Made by a program: the position numbers and the translations under genes. DNA of 64,000 nucleotides from Haplodiscus bocki (lineage: Eukaryota). The stretch is taken from contig OZ296651.1 of NCBI GenBank assembly GCA_965655095.1, positions 45,012,001-45,076,000 on the forward strand, in the 5' to 3' direction. The notes beneath the pieces are model-generated. The model made no database searches, was not told the origin of the DNA, and was given only the letters and a program-made list of their open reading frames with translations. Below are positions 53,701 to 64,000 of this stretch, one piece after another. The stretch's first letter is position 1, and each line of letters opens with the position of its first letter.

Positions 53701-56700
53701 TAACACCTGTAATGCAGGTTTCGATATAAAAATCTTTGTTCTGATTCTGTAACCAAATACTGAGGCCACGATTTCACGACAGTCCTATTTTCTTTGCTTC
53801 CTGTCGATACTCAAATTCTTTTTCCTTCTAATCTCAAAATTTTTTTTCCTAAGCATCTAAGAGCACAACCATCAGTTTAACAATAGGCTCCACTTCTGCC
53901 GTCAGGGTCTGAATAAAAAAACAACACCTGTAAGAGAAGTTTCGAATTAAAAATCTTCGTTCAGATTCATTCATCAAAGTTTTGAGGCCACGATTTCGCG
54001 ACTTTCCTAATTTTTTATGCTTCCTGTCGACACTCAAATTCTTTCTCTTTCATATCTAAAAGTCTTTTTTCTTTCATCCGAGTGCCAGCCCAACATTTCA
54101 CACTTGAAGAAATTTGTTCCTCTGATATTCAATTAACGTCACCTATGCCTCAAGTCATCGTAACCGAAAGTTACAGAAGTGGGTCCTTATTTTGGTTTTT
54201 CCTTGCGCTCAAACTAAAGGTCCTCCGTAATCAGAAGATTGAGTTGTTCCATCATGGTCTGAATACTGAATAATACACTTGCAGAAAGAAATTGGTTGCA
54301 AAAGATGTTGCTGATCCAGATCCTTGCCTCAAACCCCTGATCATCCGTTGTTCCAGGAAGTGATGTTTTTTAAACATCTTCAGTTTCCAATCATGTTTCC
54401 GCGTTATATGCAGGTTTCATTTTCCCCGTCAATTTCAAAAATGAGATATCAATATTTGTGGAAGAAGTTTCAAGTAGTGGAACCAATCCGTTCTGCCTGC
54501 CATCAAAATCTTGTGAGACCAAATATTCCAGGAAGTGCGAACTTAATTGCTTCTTTCACGACTCAATCTGTGGTGCCTCCGTATCTACAGCTCTGATTTC
54601 TAATATCAAGGAATCATTTGCAAGTAACACATCTGCAGATTGAAACTGACCCCAAAAAGACTAAAACCATGAGACTTGCTTCGAAATTTTGTCACACCGG
54701 TTGTTCCAGAATATGCTCTTGGTTCTGATTCATCTCAAATCTCTTGTTCCAAACTGTGTTGCCTCCCTAACTACAGGCAAGATTTCTTCCACTAAGCTCT
54801 CGCGAAACACTTTAACGGAATTAGAAAAACATAGAGTGAGAAATTAGTTTTTTTGATCCTTGAATCAAAATAATATTAATCCGATTGTTCTCAAATTTTC
54901 TCTTTTTACAGATTCACAACGACACGCATTTCATTCTCTTCCACTACTGCAGGTATGGTTTCGTCGCTGGCGGTCTCAATCAGAAGTTTTTTCTCGATGA
55001 CGAGAGCTTGATTGAGTAATTGTTTCTATTTGTTTCGAAAATGCTGAGAGTGAAAAAGTTCTGGAAGTTGCTACTAGTTTTGATTCGTTTAGGATTTGGA
55101 ACACAGTATTGTCGGCAGCAGCCGATGCCATTTTTTCCGTCAAGGCTTCATCGGAAAAAATCTACTTTGAGGCCAACAATTCGATGGAAAGAAAGCTAGC
55201 TTTTTTCTTTACGCCAAAATGCTGACGACATGAAAGTGCAAAATTTGAATCAAGTTTGTACTGTCTGGATCCTCAAACTCAACCATCACTGTAACTACAA
55301 GCTCGTTTTCTTCCATCAAGGACTCGATCAAAAATTTAACATTCGTATGGGTGGTTCCGATTTGAAGTTGTTCGCTGTGAATATTGGTTCAAAGTTTTGA
55401 GGCCAAAAGTTCCAAACAGTCCTATTTTTTCTCATGTCGATGCTCGAACGCATTTTCGTTCATATCAATCAGTTTGAGTTCTTTCATTTGAACTTCAACC
55501 TACCGTTTTACACTTTGAAAAGGTAGTTTGCTGAAAATAAATCAACTTCAAACTTGCCCTAAAGTCTCCGTAACCAAAATTGCACCTGTGGGTCTTTTTC
55601 TCGTTCTTTATTGCTTTGAAACCAATGTTCCTCTCTATTCAGAAGATTGAAATCTTCCATCAAGGTCAAATTCCTGAAAAATAGACGTGCAAAAAGAAGA
55701 AACTGGTTGCAAAAAGATGCTTTACAGATCTTTGCGTCAAGCTCCTATTACAACCGTTGTTCCAGGAACTGCTGTTGATTTTCACCAATTTTGACCTTCC
55801 AAATATGTTTTTCGTGTTATCCGCTAGTTTAGTTTTTTACATCACCTTCAAAATTGGCCTCTCCATATTTGTGGAAGACGTTTCAACTACTGGATCCAAT
55901 GGCTTCTTCCTTGCATCATAATCTTGAGAAACCAAAAACTCTAGGAATTGCGATCTTTATTGATTCTTTTCGCTACTCAGTTTAATCAGCCTCCTTAACC
56001 ACATGTTTGATTTCCAACATCAACAAATCCAATCCAAGTAGCAAACCTGAAGAATGAAGTTTATCCCAAAAAGTTTCAAATCGTGAAGCTAGTATCAAGT
56101 TTTTGTCGGACCGATTGTTCCAAAATATGTTATTGGTTTCGATTCAAATCAAATCTCTACATCCAAACCGTTGTGTCTCCCTATTTGCAGGTATGATTCC
56201 ATCCACGAAAGTTTTGAGAATCATTTTTACGGAATCAAAGCAAACGTGGGGTGAGAAATCAAAAACTTGATCCTTGCATCGAAATACTACTAATCAGACT
56301 GTTACAATTAGTACTATCTTTACAAATTCACGTCGATACACATAATAAACTCCTCCATGCCTACAATTTTGATTCAGTCTGTGGTGGTCTCAATAAAAAG
56401 CGTTAATCTCAAGGACGAGAACTTGATGGAACAGGTGTTTTTTATCTTGTTGTCAAAATGCACAGTGACAAAATTCTAGAAGAAGCTACTAAAATTGATT
56501 CATTTAAGTTTTGGAACACAATTTCATCGATAACAGCAGATGCCATTTTTTCCGTCAAGACATCGTCGGAAAAGTTCTACTTTGAGGCCAACAATTTGGT
56601 GGAAAGAAACTTAGTTTTTTTTCTTTGCGCCAAAATGCAGACTGTATGAATGTCCCAAACATGTTACAAGTTTGTATTATCTGCAACTACGATCACAACC

Positions 56701-58400
56701 ATCAGTGCAACAACAGGCTCAACTTCTGCTGTCAGGGTTTCAATCAAGAAATAACACCTGTAATGCAGGTTTCGATATAAAAATCTTTGTTCTGATTCTG
56801 TAACCAAATATTGAGGCCACGATTTCACGACAGTCCTATTTTCTTTGCTTCCTGTCGATACTCAAATTCTTTTTCCTTCTTATCTAAAAGATTTTTTTCT
56901 CTCAACTGGGTGCCAACCCAACATTTCACATTTGAAGAAGTTTGTTCCTCTGATATTCAATTAAGGTCACCTATGCCTCAAGTCATCGTAACCGAAAGTT
57001 ACAGAAGTGGGTCCTTATTTTGGTTTTTCCTTGCGCTCAAACTAAAGGTCCTCCGTAATCAGAAGATTGAGTTGTTCCATCATGGTCTGAATACTGAATA
57101 ATACACTTGCAGAAAGAAATTGGTTGCAAAAGATGTTGCTGATCCAGATCCTTGCCTCAAACCCCTGATCATCCGTTGTTCCAGGAAGTGATGTTTTTTA
57201 AACATCTTCAGTTTCCAATCATGTTTCCGCGTTATATGCAGGTTTCATTTTCCCCGTCAATTTCAAAAATGAGATATCAATATTTGTGGAAGAAGTTTCA
57301 AGTAGTGGAACCAATCCGTTCTGCCTGCCATCAAAATCTTGTGAGACCAAATATTCCAGGAAGTGCGAACTTAATTGCTTCTTTCACGACTCAATCTGTG
57401 GTGCCTCCGTATCTACAGCTCTGATTTCTAATATCAAGGAATCATTTGCAAGTAACACATCTGCAGATTGAAACTGACCCCAAAAAGACTAAAACCATGA
57501 GACTTGCTTCGAAATTTTGTCACACCGGTTGTTCCAGAATATGCTCTTGGTTCTGATTCATCTCAAATCTCTTGTTCCAAACTGTGTTGCCTCCCTAACT
57601 ACAGGCAAGATTTCTTCCACTAAGCTCTCGCGAAACACTTTAACGGAATTAGAAAAACATAGAGTGAGAAATTAGTTTTTTTGATCCTTGAATCAAAATA
57701 ATATTAATCCGATTGCTCTCAAAATTTCTCTTTTTAAAGATTCACAACGACACGCATTTCATTCTCTTCCACTACTGCAGGTACGGTTTCGTCGCTGGTG
57801 GTCTCAATCAGAAGTTTTTTCTCGATGACGAGAGCTTGATTGAGTAATTGTTTCTGTTTGTTTCGAAAATGCTGAGAGTGAAAAAGTTCTGGAAGTTGCT
57901 ACTAGTTTTGATTCGTTTAGGTTTTGGAACACAGTAATGTCGGCAGCAGCCGATGCCATTTTTTCCGTCAAGGCTTCATCGGAAAAAATCTACTTTGAGG
58001 CCAACAATTCAATGGAAAGAAAGCTAGCTTCTTTCTTTACGCCAAAATGCTGACGACATGAAAGTGCAAAATTTGAATCAAGTTTGTACTGTCTGGATCC
58101 TCAAACTCAACCATCACTGTAACTACAAGCTCGTTTTGTTCCATCAAGGACTCAATCAAAAACTTAATATTTGTAGGGGAGATTTCGATTTGAAAGTGTT
58201 CGCTGTGATTATTGGTTCAAAATTTTGAGGCCAAAAGTTCCAGACAGGTCTATTTTTTCTCATGTCGGTGCTCGAACGAATTTTCCTTCATATCAATCAG
58301 TTTGATTTCTTTCATTTGAATTTCAACCTACCGTTTTACACTTGGAAAAGGTAGTTTGCTGAAAATCAATCAACTTCAAACTTGCCCTAAAGTCTCCGTA
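41701..58400 (+). repeat. Family 2: 16-mer HOR (alternating 8-mer variants P and Q, ~2.82-2.83 kb) with structural variants
   Basis: b heads alternate P (aatcagaagattgagttgttccatc: ~42940, 45773, 47705, 51175, 54222, 57050) and Q (..agattgacatcttccatcaaggtcag: ~44351, 49760, 52582, 55631, 58458). Identical ORFs at 54324/57152 and 54458/57286 are 2,828 bp apart. Confidence 0.9.
45600..49300 (+). repeat. Family 2: 11-mer deletion variant (1,930 bp), two tandem copies
   Basis: Novel junction gtcatcggctcggaagttca at 46701 and 48631; ORFs 46622/48552 and 46740/48670 are 1,930 bp apart. Confidence 0.88.
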
Positions 58401-61400
58401 ACCTAAATTGCAGATGTGGGTCTTTCTCTCGTTCTTTATTGTTTTGAAACCAATGTTCCTCTCTGTTCGGAAGATTGACATCTTCCATCAAGGTCAGATT
58501 CCTGAAAAAAACGTGCAAAAAGAAACTGGTTGCAAAAAGATGCTTTACCAGATCATAGCGTCGAACTCCTGATACATCCGTTGTTCTACCAACTGCTGTT
58601 GTTTTTGACCAAACTCGATCTTCCAACTATGTTTTTTGTGTTATCGGCTTGTTTAGTTTTTTCTATCACCTTCAAAAATGGCCTTTCCATATTTCTGGAA
58701 GAAGTTTCAAATACTGGATCCAATAGCTTTTTCTTTGCATCATGATCTTCAGAAACAGAAATTCAAGGAATTGCGATCTTTATTGATTCCTTTTGCTCCT
58801 CCTTAACAACAGGAGGAGTTAATGAGCCTCCTTAACTACAGGTCTGATTTCCAACATCAAGAGGAATGCAATCCAAGTAACAAACCTGAAAAATGATGTT
58901 AATCCCAATAAATTTAAAATCGTGAGGCTAGTATCAAAACTTTGTCGGACCGATTGTTCCAAAGTACGATAAATGTTCTGATTCACATCGAATCTCTTCT
59001 TCCAAACCGTTTTCTCCCCCTATATGCAGGTATGATTCCTTCCACGAAGGTTTTGAGAATCATTTTTACGGAATCAAAGGAAACATAGTGTGAGAAATCA
59101 GTTAGTTTGATCCTTGCATCGAAATACCAGTAATCAGACTATTACAAAAAAACTTAGGGTCCTCCGTAATCAGAAGATTGAGTTGTTCCACCAGGGTCTG
59201 AATCTTGAATAATACACTTGAAAAAAGAAATTGGTTGCAAAAGAAGTTGCTGATCCAGATCCTTGCCTCAAACCCCTGATACATCCGTTGTTCCAGGAAG
59301 TGATGTTTTTTAAACATCTTGAGTTTCCAAGCTTGAGTTATATGCAGGTTTCATTTTCCCCGTCAATTGCAAAAATGGAATATCAATATTTGTGGAAGAA
59401 GTTTCAAGTAGTGGACCAATCCGTTCTGCCTGTCATCAAAATCTTGTGAGACCAAATATTCCAGGAAGTGCGAACTTAATTGCTTCTTTCACGACTCAAT
59501 CTGTGGTGCCTCCGTATCTACAGCTCTGATTTCGAATATCAAGGAATCGTTTCCAAGAAACACATCTTCAGATTGAAGTTTATCCCAAAAAGACTAAAAT
59601 CATGAGACTTGCTTCGAAATTTTGTCACACCGATTGTTCCAGAATATGCTCTTGGTTCTGATTCATCTCAAATCTCTTGTTCCAAACTATCTTGCCTCCC
59701 TAACTACAGGCAATATTTCTTCCACTAACCTCTCGCGAAACACTTTAACGGAATCAGAAAAACATAGAGTGAGAAATCACTTTTTTTGATCCTTGAATCA
59801 AAATAATATTAATCCGATTGTTCTCAAAATTTCTCTTTTTACAGATTCACAACGACACGCATTTCATTCTCTTCCACTACTGCAGGTACGGTTTCGTCGC
59901 TGGCGGTCTCAATCGGAAGTTTTTTGCTCGATGACGAGAGCTTGATTGAGTAATTGTTTCTGTTTGTTGTGAAAATGCTGAGAGTGAAAGTTCTGGTAGT
60001 TGTTACTAGTTTTGATTCGTTTAAATTTTGGAACACAATTTTGTCGGCAGCAGCCGATGCCATTTTTTCCGTCAAGACGTCATCGGAAAAACCTACTTTC
60101 AGGCCAACATTTCGATGGAAATAAAGCTGGCTTTTTTCTTTGCGCCAAAATGCTGACGACATGAATGTGCAAAAATTGAAACAAGTTTAAACTGTGTGGA
60201 TCTTCAAACTCAACCATCACTGTAACTACAAGCTCGTCTTCTTCCATCAAGGACTCAATCAAAAACCTAACAATTGTAGGGGATATTTCGATTTGAAAGT
60301 GTTCGCTGTGATTATTGGTTCAAAACTTTGAGGCCAAAAGTTCCAGACAGGTCTATTTTTTCTCATGTCGGTGCTCGAACGAATTTTCCTTCATATCAAT
60401 CAGTTTGATTTCTATCATTTGAATTTCAACCTAACGTTTTACACTTGGAAAAGGTAGTTTGCTGAAAATCAATCAACTTCAAACTTGCCCTGAAGTCTCC
60501 GTAACCTAAATTGCAGATGTGGGTCTTTCTCTCGTTCTTTATTGTTTTGAAACCATTGTTCCTCTCTGTTCGGAAGATTGACATCTTCCATCAAGGTCAG
60601 ATTCCTGAAAAAAAACGTGCAAAAAGAAACTGGTTGCAAAAAGATGCTTTACCAGATCATAGCGTCGAACTCCTGATACATCCGTTGTTCTACCAACTGC
60701 TGTTGTTTTTGACCAAACTCGATCTTCCAACTATGTTTTTTGTGTTATCGGCTTGTTTAGTTTTTTCTATCACCTTCAAAAATGGCCTTTCCATATTTCT
60801 GGAAGAAGTTTCAAATACTGGATCCAATAGCTTTTTCTTTGCATCATGATCTTCAGAAACAGAAATTCAAGGAATTGCGATCTTTATTGATTCCTTTTGC
60901 TCCTCCTTAACAACAGGAGGAGTTAATGAGCCTCCTTAACTACAGGTCTGATTTCCAACATCAAGAGGATTGCAATCCAAGTAACAAACCTGAAAAATGA
61001 TGTTAATCCCAATAAATTTAAAATCGTGAGGCTAGTATCAAAACTTTGTCGGACCGATTGTTCCAAAGTACGATAAAAGTTCTGATTCACATCGAATCTC
61101 TTCTTCCAAACCGTTTTCTCCCCCTATATGCAGGTATGATTCCTTCCACGAAGGTTTTGAGAATCATTTTTACGGAATCAAAGGAAACATAGTGTGAGAA
61201 ATCAGTTAGTTTGATCCTTGCATCGAAATACCAGTAATCAGACTATTACAAAAAAACTTAAGGTCCTCCGTAATCGGAAGATTGAGTTGTTCCACCAAGG
61301 TCTGAATCTTGAATAATACACTTGAAAAAAGAAATTGGTTGCAAAAGAAGTTGCTGATCCAGATCCTTGCCTCAAACCCCTGATACATCCGTTGTTCCAG

Positions 61401-64000
61401 GAAGTGATGTTTTTTAAACATCTTGAGTTTCCAAGCTTGAGTTATATGCAGGTTTCATTTTCCCCGTCAATTGCAAAAATGGAATATCAATATTTGTGGA
61501 AGAAGTTTCAAGTAGTGGACCAATCCGTTCTGCCTGCCATCAAAATCTTGTGAGACCAAATATTCCAGGAAGTGCGAACTTAATTGCTTCTTTCACGACT
61601 CAATCTGTGGTGCCTCCGTATCTACAGCTCTGATTTCTAATATCAAGGAATCGTTTCCAAGAAACACATCTTCAGATTGAAATTTATCCCAAAAAGACTA
61701 AAATCATGAGACTTGCTTCGAAATTTTGTCACACCGATTGTTCCAGAATATGCTCTTGGTTCTGATTCATCTCAAATCTCTTGTTCCAAACTATGTTGCC
61801 TCCCTAACTACAGGCAAGATTTCTTCCACTAAGCTCTCGCGAAACACTTTAATGGAATCAGAAAAACATAGAGTGAGAAATCAGTTTTTTTGATCCTTGA
61901 ATCAAAATAATATTAATCCGATTGTTCTCAAAATTTCTCTTTTTACAGATTCACAACGACACGCATTTCATTCTCTTCCACTACTGCAGGTACGGTTTCG
62001 TCGCTGGCGGTCTCAATCAGAAGTTTTTTGCTCGATGACGAGAGCTTGATTGAGTAATTGTTTCTGTTTGTTGTGAAAATGCTGAGACTGAAAGGTTCAG
62101 GAAGTTGTTACTAGTTTTGATTCGTTTAAATTTTGCAACACAATTTTGTCGGCAGCAGCCGATGCCATTTTTTCCGTCAAGACGTCATCGGAAAAATCTA
62201 CTTTCAGGCCAACAATTCGATGGAAAGAAAGCTAGCTTCTTTCTTTACGCCAAAATGCTGACGACATGAAAGTGCAAAATTTGAATCAAGTTTGTACTGT
62301 CTGGATCCTCAAACTCAACCATCACTGTAACTACAAGCTCGTTTTGTTCCATCAAGGACTCAATCAAAAACTTAATATTTGTAGGGGAGATTTCGATTTG
62401 AAAGTGTTCGCTGTGATTATTGGTTCAAAATTTTGAGGCCAAAAGTTCCAGACAGGTCTATTTTTTCTCATGTCGGTGCTCGAACGAATTTTCCTTCATA
62501 TCAATCAGTTTGATTTCTTTCATTTGAATTTCAACCTACCGTTTTACACTTGGAAAAGGTAGTTTGCTGAAAATCAATCAACTTCAAACTTGCCCTAAAG
62601 TCTCCGTAACCTAAATTGCAGATGTGGGTCTTTCTCTCGTTCTTTATTGTTTTGAAACCATTGTTCCTCTCTGTTCGGAAGATTGACATCTTCCATCAAG
62701 GTCAGATTCCTGAAAAAAAACGTGCAAAAAGAAACTGGTTGCAAAAAGATGCTTTACCAGATCATAGCGTCGAACTCCTGATACATCCGTTGTTCTACCA
62801 ACTGCTGTTGTTTTTGACCAAACTCGATCTTCCAACTATGTTTTTTGTGTTATCGGCTTGTTTAGTTTTTTCTATCACCTTCAAAAATGGCCTTTCCATA
62901 TTTCTGGAAGAAGTTTCAAATACTGGATCCAATAGCTTTTTCTTTGCATCATGATCTTCAGAAACAGAAATTCAAGGAATTGCGATCTTTATTGATTCCT
63001 TTTGCTCCTCCTTAACAACAGGAGGAGTTAATGAGCCTCCTTAACTACAGGTCTGATTTCCAACATCAAGAGGATTGCAATCCAAGTAACAAACCTGAAA
63101 AATGATGTTAATCCCAATAAATTTAAAATCGTGAGGCTAGTATCAAAACTTTGTCGGACCGATTGTTCCAAAGTACGATAAAAGTTCTGATTCACATCGA
63201 ATCTCTTCTTCCAAACCGTTTTCTCCCCCTATATGCAGGTATGATTCCTTCCACGAAGGTTTTGAGAATCATTTTTACGGAATCAAAGGAAACATAGTGT
63301 GAGAAATCAGTTAGTTTGATCCTTGCATCGAAATACCAGTAATCAGACTATTACAAAAAAACTTAAGGTCCTCCGTAATCGGAAGATTGAGTTGTTCCAC
63401 CAAGGTCTGAATCTTGAATAATACACTTGAAAAAAGAAATTGGTTGCAAAAGAAGTTGCTGATCCAGATCCTTGCCTCAAACCCCTGATACATCCGTTGT
63501 TCCAGGAAGTGATGTTTTTTAAACATCTTGAGTTTCCAAGCTTGAGTTATATGCAGGTTTCATTTTCCCCGTCAATTGCAAAAATGGAATATCAATATTT
63601 GTGGAAGAAGTTTCAAGTAGTGGACCAATCCGTTCTGCCTGCCATCAAAATCTTGTGAGACCAAATATTCCAGGAAGTGCGAACTTAATTGCTTCTTTCA
63701 CGACTCAATCTGTGGTGCCTCCGTATCTACAGCTCTGATTTCTAATATCAAGGAATCGTTTCCAAGAAACACATCTTCAGATTGAAATTTATCCCAAAAA
63801 GACTAAAATCATGAGACTTGCTTCGAAATTTTGTCACACCGATTGTTCCAGAATATGCTCTTGGTTCTGATTCATCTCAAATCTCTTGTTCCAAACTATG
63901 TTGCCTCCCTAACTACAGGCAAGATTTCTTCCACTAAGCTCTCGCGAAACACTTTAATGGAATCAGAAAAACATAGAGTGAGAAATCAGTTTTTTTGATC
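58400..64000 (+). repeat. Family 2: 12-mer HOR (2,104-2,105 bp), ~2.7 near-identical units, continuing past the window
   Basis: Junction attacaaaaaaactta at 59141, 61245, 63350; ORF triplets 59102/61206/63311 and 59231/61335/63440, the last two of each identical in translation. Confidence 0.95.

Larger units (their letters stand above)
9320..64000 (+). repeat. Satellite DNA array, ~170-180 bp monomer, ~310 monomers, head-to-tail, organised in higher-order repeats
   Basis: Head motif ~CCGTAACTACAGGCTTGATTTCTTCCATCAAGGTCTCAATC..TTTTACACTTGAAGA recurs at a ~175 bp period, e.g. 21912, 22085, 22265, 22438, 22612, 22783, ~22950, 23117, 23291 and 39891, 40067, 40245, 40430, 40605, 40778, 40951, 41122, 41301. 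No inversion or foreign insertion seen. Confidence 0.95.

Noticed and set aside
10764-60262. Recurrent minus-strand peptide (ETLIEHIKPL, KSLMEEIMPVV, ESLMEQNELVV) suggesting a ~58-aa repeat protein origin
   Set aside because: It is the translation of the conserved DNA box; monomer lengths vary by non-multiples of three and frames do not stay open. A codon-position substitution test would settle it.
9543-63658. Repeated 60-204 aa ORFs as a tandem gene family
   Set aside because: They are chance F/K/L/S-rich frames in satellite DNA, occur on both strands, and are broken by homopolymer indels and stops between near-identical copies.
9320-64000. CRISPR-like array (conserved box plus variable spacer)
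   Set aside because: The intervening sequences are homologous to each other rather than unique spacers, the period is ~175 bp, no cas genes are present and the context is eukaryotic.
17151-64000. HOR copies as pure assembly artefact
   Set aside because: Units carry distinct, hierarchically shared variants and junctions. Exact copy number of the most similar units could still be mis-assembled.

Overview
AT-rich eukaryotic (probably invertebrate) heterochromatin with no intact gene; none of the supplied ORFs is a credible CDS. About 55 kb (~9,320-64,000, running off the right edge) is one uninterrupted, single-orientation satellite array of a ~170-180 bp monomer (roughly 310 copies). The monomers are very divergent from their neighbours but are organised into near-identical higher-order repeats (HORs), as in primate alpha satellite. 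Family 1 (9.3-38.3 kb): diverged 6-mer (~1.03 kb) -> one intact 12-mer (2.03 kb) -> twelve 9-mer units (mostly 1.58-1.61 kb) made by a readable ~425 bp deletion, with older variants on both flanks. Family 2 (38.3-64 kb): 8-mer (1.41 kb) -> 16-mer (2.83 kb) -> derived 11-mer (1.93 kb) and 12-mer (2.10 kb), with microhomology or templated-insertion scars at the new junctions. The left 9 kb holds a decayed Ty3/Gypsy integrase, an outlying patch of the same satellite, and a decayed Polinton/Maverick-like block (adenain-type protease, penton-like and possible pPolB remnants, with a 200-N gap) that appears to split the satellite in register. All alignments were done by eye, so boundaries are approximate. 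Protein family calls rest on motifs recalled from memory, not on searches. Centromere function is a hypothesis only.
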